Shown here one piece after another: positions 48,981 to 60,300 of a stretch of DNA of 64,000 bases. A program made the position numbers and the translations under genes. The DNA comes from Cyanophora paradoxa CCMP329 (Eukaryota > Plantae > Glaucophyta). The DNA lies in the NCBI GenBank assembly GCA_004431415.1, contig QPMI01000401.1, forward strand, positions 186,001-250,000. Direction: 5' to 3'. The notes below the pieces were generated by a model. That model saw nothing but the letters and a program-made list of their open reading frames with translations. It was not told the DNA's origin and ran no database searches. The first letter of the stretch is position 1. Each line of letters begins with the position of its first letter.

Positions 48981-51900
48981 ATGCGCATTTGCGACGAGGC
49001 ACTCGCGCGCGAGGCCCTGCAGCGCTCCGCGAGCGTTCTCGGCCTCGGCGGTCCCGGATGCTGCGGCAGAGCGGGGAGCTCGAGCGAGCGATCGGAAAGC
49101 GGCATCGGCCCCACGCAGCGGTGCGCGCTCGCTTTTGCTCTCTTCAGAGCTCTCCTGCGTGCGCTTCGGGCGCGCGGCGTGACGAGTTTCAAATCGCAGG
49201 TGCAAGCTCGCCGACGTGGCCGCCGTTCTCCGCGATCTCCTGCATGCAAACCGTGCCTTCGTCGTTCATCTCAGCGAGAGAAAGCTTTCGGATTCTCAAG
49301 GGAGCCCCGGACACGAGCGCGGGTGCGATCAAATGCGAGATGCGGCCATTGCCGCCGCTCGCTCACTCTCGTGTCGCAGGGAGGGGCTCCTGTACGCGCA
49401 GGAGCTCGTGGACATGGCGCTGGAGCACGAGACGCGACCCGCGGAGGCCCGCGTCGTGGCGGACGTCGGCGCCGCGCTGCTCTCGCGCGGTTGCTCCCAG
49501 GCGCGCGTGCAGGAGATCGTGCAGGGTCTCCAGGCCGGCTCGTGTGCGTTCTACCCGTGCGTCGCGCTCGGCTCGGTGCGCCCCTCCCAGAATAGATCGA
49601 TGAGAATACGTACAACCCTCGATATCGTTACTGAGCTGCGAGCCGCGCGCACCAGCTGTGGGCGCTGGCTGCGGTGCACTACGCGCAGACGGGGCGCGTA
49701 CTCTCCAAAGAAGAGCGCAACGCCCTAACCGCCACTGGAGACTGCGGTGCATATATCAATCTTCTTCGACTTGTTCTTTTCGGGCAGTGACCCCGGCCAG
49801 TGGGTGTGACTCTGGGGCTTGAGGCGGCGGTCCCTTCTCGCCTGCACCCGTACGAGTGTGCCTTTAAAATTCGGCCCCTGCATGCGTCGCAAAAAATTGA
49901 TAATTTCAATAGCTTCAAGATTTCGGCAGCTGGTGCAGACGATCGCATTGGCCGCCTCCTCGACCAGGTGCGATTACGAGCTGTACGCGTGTCCGTCTGC
50001 GAGAAATTTGCAATTTATATATGATATACCACTGGACAGGAACGGTTGATGATGAAGGTAAGCTCTCGTTATCGAAGCGTCATTCGCCTTATCATATCGA
50101 TATTGCTGTTCGTCCACGCAATGCGATGGCAAGGCTCTCGAGGCTGAGATCCGCAGCCGAGAGCAGCAGGCGCGCCTATATAGCTACCCCTCATTTCTAT
50201 GATCATGGGCAAACCTCGCGACTGACATGTACGCAAACCGACCGCGCAGCTCGCTCGTGCACAGCTGCTCCGCAGCATCACGAGCCAAATACGGGACACG
50301 CTGGATCCCCGCAAGTGCGCATGCGCAGAGCAAACCGATCCATCATGATCACTTTTCGCGCGGACTGTTCTGCAGAGTGATGGAGACCGCGTCTCGCTCG
50401 TTGCGTGACGCTCTCGGCGCGTTGGATGTGCACATCTATCGGGGGGAGTGGGAGACAGCTCCTCCGTATGCAACTGCACAATCCAAGCACCCCGCTCAGC
50501 TCTTTCGAATTACAGAAGCCGTGTACTTGTGTGCCAAGCCTGCGGAGGCTCACGGCTACTCTATCTTCGCCATTGAAGGGGGCCGCATGATTTCTTCTGC
50601 AACCCTGCAGCGCCGTATTGAGGTCCGCGGCCGCTCGCAGTATTGAGGTTGAGTTGACTCTCTTAAATACAGTCTCAGTATTTTTACATAATTTAGATTT
50701 TTGCTGAAGCATGCTCTTCCGCAGGCTGTCGTTGAAACGAAGGGGCTCCGAACGATCCAGGCAGCCGACGTGCTGCAAGCACAGGAGTGGGCAGGGGAGA
50801 CGCCGGGCCCAGACGGGCTCGCGGATGCGGCCACTGTGGAGCTGCTTCGGGAATCGGGCTGCCGCACATGCGTGGCGCGCGCCACAACTTCCGCCGGCCA
50901 CGTCAACGGCGTTGTGGCGGTGCGCCCTCTCGCAATGCACGCGAATAGCAAGCCTTTTCATGATTCAATTCGATTTGGATTCGTGCATTATACACATCAA
51001 CATCCTGAAGATGAACTGGAACGAGCCGAACCGAACATTGAGCTCTGCTGACCTTGCCCTCTTCGAGGACGTCTGCGAGGTGATTGTATTTATAATTAAT
51101 ATTGCGATCTCAACAAATAAAAGCCCATGTGCTAGCGAACGCGCGCGGTTTTTGCAAGGGGGGAAAAGAAGACCGAAGGTCTTCCCCCCCTTGCTTCCCG
51201 TTCCCTCGCTTCAGCCAAAATTCTTCTATGAGGCCGTTTTCGAGGTCCAGTTTGCAACGCGGGAAAAAAATGGGTGGAAATTCGCTTGCAGCGACACGTG
51301 TTTGTCGCTGCGGCCGTCCATGCAAAAAAAGGTTTTCGAGGGCGAAGACCAGTTTTCCTTGACTTGAAGCCTGGAAACCAACTTCTCTCACATTCCGATC
51401 TTCGAATTCCTTCCGCGGTTCTAGCGAAGACCAGTTTTCCTTGACCTGAAGCCTGGAAAGCAACTTCTCTCTCATTCCGGTCTTCGAATTCCTTCCGCGG
51501 TTCTGCATGGAACCAGTTCTCCCTATAGCTAGCTGTCTCCTGTAGATTTCGGCTTCCTCGCAGTGCGTTGCTTACGCCTTGCTCTTCGTTGCGCGGTTCT
51601 GCATGGAACCACTTCTCCTTAGCTGTCTTGCTCGATCTCCTCTAGATTTCCACTTTCTCGCACTGCGCCGCGTACGCCGCACGGAATTTCTTAAAAATTA
51701 TCCCTTCTGCATGGAACCAGTTCTCCCTATAGCTAGCTGTCTCCTGTAGATTTCGGCTTCCTCGCAGTGCGTTGCTTACGCCTTGCTCTTCGTTGCGCGG
51801 TTCTGCATGGAACCACTTCTCCCTAGCTGTCTTGCTCGATCTCCTCTAGATTTCCACTTTCTCGCACTGCGCCGCGTACGCCGCACGGAATTTCTTAAAA

Positions 51901-54900
51901 ATTATCCCTAGCTGTCTTGCTCGATCTCCTCTGGATTTCCACTTCCTCGCAGTGCGCCGCGTACGCCGCACGGTACCCGTGCCGCCTGATCTACTTTTGA
52001 CTGCATCAAGCTTGAACCGCAGCACGTGCACCGAAGCACGCGCAGCCCGTGGGCCGCATTGGCCCGTACCGCGTAGCTTTTCCTCGCGGTCCAGCCTCTG
52101 GTCGCAGCCGTATCGCTGCGCCGACCTCGTTGGCGCCCCGGCCGCTGTTCCTTCGCGCCGGGCGGTCTTGCGAGCTGACCAGCTCTTGCGAGCGCACCAG
52201 CGGCAAACCGATCGCGAGCATTCGAGTTGCGAATAACAAAGAGCGGCGCATGTGCAGCTGCAGCGCGTGAACAGTGAGTAAGCGAGATCATTGCGTGCAC
52301 GAGAATCCGGGCGTGAACTGAGCTTCGGCACTGAGCTTAAGCAAGAGAAAGCGCCTCAGCAGCCAACAAGAGAAAGTTAACATGCGACGAGGGCGCAAAG
52401 TTGCTGCAGAGCTGCCTGAAGGCATCGTTGAAGGCGAGAACATACAGTTACAGTGTTGCAGCACTGGGGCTTGCAACGGCGGGCTCTGCCTGCTTTGCCC
52501 AGCCGCGGCGCGCAATCATTTCTGTAGGCGCGAACATCTCTACCGGCACATCCGCAGTCATCAAAGCGGATTACGGGTGCGGCGTCCCAAACAACGTAAA
52601 CGTCGGTTGCATGCATGCACGCTGTGTTTACACAACGATTCTCATAAAGCGGCTTGCAGGGTCGTCGTCAACTTGAGGCAACTTGAGGCCGGGAGCGGGC
52701 AGCGCGACAGCCGCGTGGCTCTGCGGGCGCTCGAGGCGGCGGGCCGCCTCACCATGCTCTCGCAAGACGGCCCTCTTCATGACCGGCGCCGCTGGCTGCC
52801 GCTCACCCCCATGGTCGACTTCCGCCCCGACCCCCTGCAGAAGGCCTGGATCGCCTATGTTTACGGCGAGCCCTCTGCAGACAGCACCATCATCTTTTAG
52901 CCAGCTGTTCAGGGTTAGCGGTAGGCCGCGCGCACACAAATGATGCGCAGCGTTTTTTCGCTCCAGAACAATCTTTCATATACAGTGCGCTTAATCTGGC
53001 CGTTCATTCAGTCTTTTCTTTATTCGGTTAGATCGCAGCCTCTGCATAACAGCCCTTTCCTACTCTTTACAATCATATATAATCTCTGTCTACTTCAACC
53101 TGCCGCGCGCGCTGGGCCGGGGTCGATCTATATCTGCCCCGTGCATGTTCAATCCACTACTACTCTTTCATTAGATCCAGATTCCCCCCTTGCACCCCCG
53201 GCGCGCCAAAACGCGGCCGGGCCACTAGTATGTTTCGCAGGCGGTGGGCATCGCGCTGGCGCAGGCGTCGCTGGTGGCGCAGGCGCAGCAGGCGGCGCGC
53301 GCCAAGAGCGACTTCCTCTCCGTCATCAGTGCGCTCCGCTTGCACTGCTGCGATCATATATAATTCGCGAGCGGAATGCTTGCTGATGAATGGCCCGTCA
53401 GCACATGAAATGCGGACGCCAATGCAAGCGGTGAGCGAGCTTTTACGGGCACAGTATTAGTTCGCGTGAATATATTCCGCTCGTCGCCCACTCGCCAGGT
53501 CCTCGGCATTACGGATCTGCTGCTGGATATGAGCCAAACTGTAGAACAGCGCGAGTACCTCTCCGTCATCCGTTCCTCGGCCCAAGCGTGCGCCTCAGCA
53601 CTCGGAATCAGACCTAGATCTCGTCTGTTCGGCTTTGAATTCGCACCGCCGGGCCACCGTTGCCGCGCAGGCTGGTGGACCTGGTTGGCGAGGTCCTCGA
53701 CGCGAGCATCCTCGAGCGCGGCGGGTCGCTCCGCGTCGCCGCCGACCCCATGGACCTGCGCTCCGCAGCCGAGGAGGTGACTGCTGCGCTTCTAAATTTT
53801 CAGCTTTGCAATTGATGCTCTGATGGCTCGGCGTAGGTCATGGACATGATGTGGCCGGCGAGCAAACCACGAGCTCCCTTGCCCGTCGCTCTTGGGCATT
53901 TTTGACGTATGCTCTCAGGTGGCCGCGCAGAAGAACATAGCGCTCCAGCTCCGGGTCCGTCGTGTGCAGTGCAGCTCTATTTTCGCCAACGCCAACGAGC
54001 GCAGATGGGAGAAGGCGTACCGCGCTTCATATTCAGCGACAAGGGACGCATCCGGCAGGTGCAGTTAATTTTCGGAATTTTGACCAGCAAGCTCAGATCT
54101 AGGGTCTCACGATCACGCCGGCATAGGTCATCATCAATCTCGTTGGCAGTGCGGTTTTACGCTTGCACGTCTCTGCGTTGTATTGTTAAAACTTTGGAGT
54201 TGATGTCCAACACTTGGACTGGGCATGTGCATCCGCTTACTGCTCCTCCGTTCGCGTCAGACTCGGCGAAGTTCTCCGCGGACGGGCGCATCATCGTCGA
54301 GCTCGAGGCCGAAGGCTGCCCCGGTCCGCGCGCGCCCGGCCGCTCGCGCTTCTAATTATATTTCTCGTTCTCGCTTCGGCCGCTCGCGCTTCTAAGTATA
54401 ATTCTCGTTCTTGCTTCTCGTCTTTGTCACATGAAAGGGGCTGCAGGGCCCGACGGCAAGCGCCTCTTCCGCATCATGGTCACGGGCGCGACCCCCTGCG
54501 CCGCCGCGCAACTTGTCTGAATCTGTTGTTCCCTCTGACCGCCCGCGGCAGACACGGGGTGCGGGATCCCGGAGGCGAGCCAGGCGAAGCTCTTCCGCTT
54601 CTTCACGCAGCTCGACTCCTCCAAGAGCCGCCGCCACCAGGGTCCGCTTCAGCGGCTGCCGCCCGCGGCTCATGATCAGATCAACGCCAACGGCGCGCCG
54701 GCAGGGACGGGCCTCGGGCTCTTCATCTCGAAGCACATCGCCCTCGCGCTCGAGGGCAGCATCGACTTCGTCTCGACCGTCGGCTCGGGGTGCGTTCTGA
54801 TAGCGGACCGGAGCCCCCGCGCGCGGCCCGCCTCTCAGGCGCGCACACAGGTCCACCTTCGCGTTCACGTTCCGGGCCTCGGTGGTGCCCCAGGGCGACC

Positions 54901-56744
54901 GCGCCCTCCCCACGCTCCAGGCCCTCTGCCCCCCGAAGGTGCACGAGCCACGGAAAGCGAATTAAAGCATTCGCTGAAGCCCGGTCCATTGCGTGCGCAG
55001 GAGGATCCGCTGCTCAAGGGAAAGACGCTGATTTTGGGCGTTGACGACCTGACTTGGGGCGGAACGATAGGCGTTGACGCCGCCTCGTGGGGCGTCCACG
55101 TCTGCCTGGTGCCTGCCGTTCTCTTTTGCCCGCTGCTTTTCGTGCATTCATGGTCGCTCTGGCAGGAGCGGACGGTGGAGGGGACGCTGGGGGCGGTGCG
55201 GCGGGAGGCGGCGGAGGGGCGGGGCGCGCAGCTCGCGGGGGCCGTCTTCTTCATGCCCTCCCTCGTCCCCCCCGCCGAGCTCCCCGCCGTGGCCCGCCCC
55301 GCCGCTGCGACGATCCCCGCGCACTGTCGCCGTCGCTGACGCCCGGGCGCAGGTGGATGGGCTGCTGGAGGAGCTGCGGCGGGCGCAGGGCGCCGCGGAG
55401 CGCGCCCCGCCGCCCCTCATCCTCCTCCGCATATGCGTTCGAATAGAGAAGGGTCTGCATTTTGATGTATTGACCAAATCTAGAGCTTGAAACCCATCAC
55501 AAACTGAGAGCTCTAAAGCGACTGCGCTAGTTTCCGCTCTATACAGCGCTTTACAGTTTCCTATACACGCGTCGGACGCGTTGTGATCTGCTCAAAAGCC
55601 GTCGCGCAGCGCTCCTCCGTGACAGCGTCATCTCGCTTCGCCTCCCCGTCTCCGAGCGGATGCTCTACAAGGCACTCACGGACGGCTTTCGGTCCTCAAT
55701 TTCGTTGGTCCGTAGTTGGTTTTTAGATTGGCGCTGAAGGGGGTTCTTGCGCAGCACGCGGACGGAAGTAGCCGGAAGACGAAGTTTGACGCCTCTCCTT
55801 TCTATTGCGGCTCGCAGCGACGATATATTCGCAGTCATCTCCCCTGAAGCGCGTATTTCGATCTATTTCGAACCTACCGAAGCTCGCAAAATATGCTTTG
55901 TTCGGGGTTGATCCCCTCCTTCGCAGCTGGAGCATCGGCTGGACCCCGCTTCGGAGCCCGCGGCCGCCCCGTGCCCCGAGCCCCCGGCCGAGGGCGGCCC
56001 CAAGCGGCCGATCCGCATCCTTTTCTCCGAGGACACGCCGGTGCCGCCGCCCCTCTTCTGCCCCTCGCTCAGCCAGCCGACGCGCTTGGGGCCCCCGCGC
56101 GCGCGCAGACGAACGCGAAGATCGTGACGGTGCTGCTGCGGAAGCTCGGCTACAGCGACGTGGAGCACGCGGAGGACGGCGCGCGGGCGCTGCAGGCGGC
56201 CAAGGCGGCCGCCGCGGCCGGCCGCCCCTTCGACGTCCTCCTCTCGGACATCATGAGTGCGCGGCCGGCGCCCCGGCCCCGGGAGGCGCCCGACGGGGGG
56301 CGGCATGCGCAGTGCCGGAGATGGACGGGCTGGAGTCGCTGCGGCGGATGCGGGCGGAGCTGCCGGCGGGCCGCGTGCCGTACGCGGTGGCCCTCTCCGC
56401 CAACGTGGGCGCCCACGACCGGCAGGAGTGCGCCGAGGCCGGCTACGACGCCTTCCTCGCCGTCCGCCCCGCCCTCGCCCTTGAGAAGCCCGCGGCGCTT
56501 GAGACGCCCGCGGCGCGCGCAGAAGCCCGTGCGGACGAAGGAGCTGAGCGAGGCGCTGAAGGCCGCCGAGGAGGCCGTCACCGCCCGCCGGGAGGCTGGC
56601 TGCCCCGCCGGCGGGGCAGAGTCGGGGAGCACGGAAATGCGGCTGGAAGAGTCCGTGGAACCTTCGGCCGCGGCTGCGCTGCCAATCCCTACGCCGGGTA
56701 GCTGCCCGGACTCCGAAAGCCGCTGGGGTGGTCGAGAGGTCTAG
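48981..56744 (+). CDS. Hybrid histidine kinase B: 2xGAF - HisKA - HATPase - pseudo-receiver - receiver (2.08 kb intronic insertion)
   Basis: Starts MRICDEALAREALQRS like A; same kinase and receiver exons; lacks GAF2-4; TAG at 56742-56744. Confidence 0.85.
51152..53228 (+). mobile_element. Non-autonomous Helentron/Helitron2 (DINE-1/HINE-like) element
   Basis: Absent at the paralogous site in kinase C; inserted in a T-run with no TSD; 13-bp asymmetric subterminal IRs TGCAAGGGGGGAA (51153-51165) and TTCCCCCCTTGCA (53182-53194); 5' hairpin; internal tandem repeats; 3' GC stem-loop (53197-53221); ends CTAG. Confidence 0.75.
51343..51973 (+). repeat. Tandem repeats inside the Helentron-like element: ~82 bp x2, then ~204 bp x~2.3
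   Basis: gaagaccagttttccttgac...ttccgcggttct occurs twice; ttctgcatggaaccagttctccc...ttcttaaaaattatccc at ~51501 and ~51704, partial third copy from ~51909. Confidence 0.9.
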
Positions 56745-57327
56745 TGAAGACTCATATATCTTCGCAACAGTTTCACATCGATCTCGCCGATCGCAATCAG
56801 CTTGCGATCGCTTGACAATCTCTCATTTGTAAATATTCCAATTCGTGCATTCGAATTCGCTGCAAGCAACAACACTTGAGCGAATTCGAACCCATTTCGA
56901 TTCGCTTGCAGCTATAGCCTAAAGGTGATGCGTTTCGAATTTCGGTCTCCCTTCAGCTTAGTTTCTTTGCTTTGACTTGCTTCTCGCAAGGTGTATTAAT
57001 TATGTCTCTCTTTTTGGACAGCACCCGCAGTGTGCATATGTCACATTGTGCTGTTTGAAATTTTCGGACGCTGCGCGGGCAGCCGGCGCCGGTTAACGTT
57101 GTTCAAGTCAGAATGACAGCCGCGGTCGCAATCGCGATGAATGACAACGCGAAAACAAAAACGGACGCATGCGCAATCCGAGATCACGTGTTGTTACTTA
57201 TATATACAATTACAGCGAATGCGCAAATACGAATCATTGAATGAGAGGCTGACAAGCGAGCTGACAAAATATATATTGCTATCGGCGAAAGCGATGTGAA
57301 ACTGTTGCGGATACAGATGAGTTTGTA

Positions 57328-60300
57328 CTAGACCTCTCGACCACCCCAGCAGCTTTCGGGGTCCGAGAAGCTACCCCGCGTAGGTATTGGCAGCGCAGCC
57401 GCGGCCGAAGGTTCCACGGACTCTTCCAACCGAAGCCCCGCGCTCCCCGACTCTGCCCCGCCGGCGGGGCGGCCGGCGGCGCGGCGGGCGGCGACGGCCT
57501 CCTCGGCGGCCTTCAGCGCCTCGCTCAGCTCCTTCGTCCGCACGGGCTTCTGCGCGCGCCGCGGGCGTCTCAAGCGCCGCGGGTTTCTCAAGGGCGAGGG
57601 CGGGGCGGACGGCGAGGAAGGCGTCGTAGCCGGCCTCGGCGCACTCCTGCCGGTCGTGGGCGCCCACGTTGGCGGAGAGGGCCACCGCGTACGGCACGCG
57701 GCCCGCCGGCAGCTCCGCCCGCATCCGCCGCAGCGACTCCAGCCCGTCCATCTCCGGCACTGCCGCCCCCCGTCGGGCGCCTCCCGGGGCCGGGGCGCAG
57801 GCAGCGCACTCATGATGTCCGAGAGGAGGACGTCGAAGGGGCGGCCGGCCGCGGCGGCCGCCTTGGCCGCCTGCAGCGCCCGCGCGCCGTCCTCCGCGTG
57901 CTCCACGTCGCTGTAGCCGAGCTTCCGCAGCAGCACCGTCACGATCTTCGCGTTCGTCTGCGCGGGGGTGGGCCCCAAGCGCGTCGGCTGGCTGAGCGAG
58001 GGGCAGAAGAGGGGCGGCGGCACCGGCGTGTCCTCGGAGAAGAGGATGCGGATCGGCCGCTTGGGGCCGCCCTCGGCCGGGGGCTCGGGGCGCGGGGCGG
58101 CCACGGGCAACGACCCGGGATCCATCCGATATCCAAGCTGAAGATGCGAACAAACAGTGAGACATCTCAGTTAGTGACCCGATATTAAACAACGTTCAAA
58201 GCGAATTCGAAGCGGGGCACTTGAACGCACTTCAGGAGAGACAGTGGCGATGATGTCGCGGCCGCGGATCGGGTCCAGCTGTGTCGGCTGCGGCGGCTGG
58301 ACCGGCACAGCGGGGGGCTCCTCCTGCCGCGCCCTGAGGCGCGAAAGTACTTGTCAACAGTGCACACGTACAGTAAAAAGCGTAGATACTTCAATAGAAA
58401 ATCTAAATCATAAAATATGTGCGACGTGCTTACCGAATGCTGTCAGTGAGGCCCTTGTGGAGCATCCGTTCGGTCAGCGGAAGCCTGAGCGATATGACAT
58501 TCTCCCGCACGAGCTCTGCGGCATCGATATCGACGAAGGTTGACGTAATCGAAACCAGAAACAGCGATTCGCACGTTTAGCGATTGGAACAGAGATGCGG
58601 AGGAGGATGAGGGGCGGCGGGGCGCGCTCCGCGGCGCCCTGCGCCCACCGCAGCTCCTCCAGCAGCCCATCCACCTGCGCCCGGGCGTCAGCGGCGGCGA
58701 CAGTGCGCGCGGCTCGTCGCAGCGGCGGGGCGGGCCACGGCGGGGAGCTCGGCGGGGGGGACGAGGGAGGGCATGAAGAAGACGGCCCCCGCGAGCTGCG
58801 CGCCCCGCCCCTCCGCCGCCTCCCGCCGCACCGCCCCCAGCGTCCCCTCCACCGTCCGCTCCTGCCGGCGCGACTATGACATGCACGAAAAGCAGCAGGC
58901 AAAAGAGAAAGGCAGGCACCAGGCAGACGTGGACGCCCCATGAGGCGGCGTCAACTGCAATGGTCCCCTCCCACGCCAGATCGTCCACGCCGACGACCAG
59001 CGTCTTTCCCTTCAGGAGCGGATCTTCCTGCGCACGCAACGGACCCGACTTCAGCGAATGCATAAATTCGCTTTCCGTGGCTCGCGCACCTTCGGGGGGC
59101 AGAGGGCCTGCAGCGTGGGGAGGGCGCGGTCGCCCTGGGGCACCACGGAGGCCCTGAACGTGAACGCGAAGGTGGACCTGTGTGCGCGCCTGAGAGGCGG
59201 GCCGCGCGCGGGGGCTCCGGTCCGCTATCAGAACGCACCCCGAGCCGACGGTCGAGACGAAGTCGATGCTGCCCTCGAGCGTGAGGGCGATGTGCTTCGA
59301 GATGAAGAGCCCGAGGCCCGTCCCTGCCGGCGCGCCGTTGGCGTTGATCTGATCATGAGCCGCGGGCGGCAGCCGCTGAAGCGGACCCTGGTGGCGGCGG
59401 CTCTTGGAGGAGTCGAGCTGCGTGAAGAAGCGGAAGAGCTTCGCCTGGCTCGCCTCCGGGATCCCGCACCCCGTGTCTGCCGCGGGCGTTCAGAGGGAAC
59501 GACAGACAAGGCGGCGGCGCAGGCCTAGGGGGCGCGCCCGTGACCATGATGCGGAAGAGGCGCTTGCCGTCGGGCCCTGCCGCTCCATAGAATTGAGGGA
59601 ACAGCGAAGGGAAGCAAGACGCGCCAGCGACATGGCGCGGACCGGGGCAGCCTTCGGCCTCGAGCTCGACGATGATGCGCCCGTCTGTGGAGAACTTCGC
59701 CGAGTCTGACGGGCACGGAGCAGTTAGAGGACGCCGGCCGCGGGTTCGATTGTCGTTCACATAGCAGAAAGAAAGCTATAGCTAGATGATGAGCTAAAAT
59801 GAAATGCGCGATACGGAAATCAAATGAAACCGTACGCGTGAAAACGCACTACCGACGAGATTGATGATGACCTATTTTTGTTGATCATGAGAACTCCGCG
59901 CATCATGGGGAAATCATGAATCGCTGTAAAACCTTTAAAGAGCACCTGCCGGATGCGTCCCTTGTCGCTGAATATGAAGCGCGGTACGCCTTCTCCCATC
60001 TGCGTATTCGCTCTTCGGCATTGGTGAAGAGAGAGTCGCACTGCGCACAAGACGGATCCCGGACCCGGAGCTGCAACGCTATGTTCTTCTGCGCGGCCAC
60101 CTGAGAGGGAGACGACAGCTAATGTCAACAAAAGATATTGAGTAAGCGGTTCGCGGTTCGAGTTATCGCGGTTCGCGCGCTCGCCGGCCACATCATGTCC
60201 ATGACCTACGCCGAGCCATCAGAGCATCAAAGCTGAAAATTCGAAAGCGCAGAAGTCACCTCCTCGGCGGCGGAGCGCAGGTCCATGGGGTCGGCGGCGA

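Noticed and set aside
51343-51973. CRISPR-like array
   Set aside because: Long head-to-tail repeats without unique spacers, no cas genes, eukaryotic context
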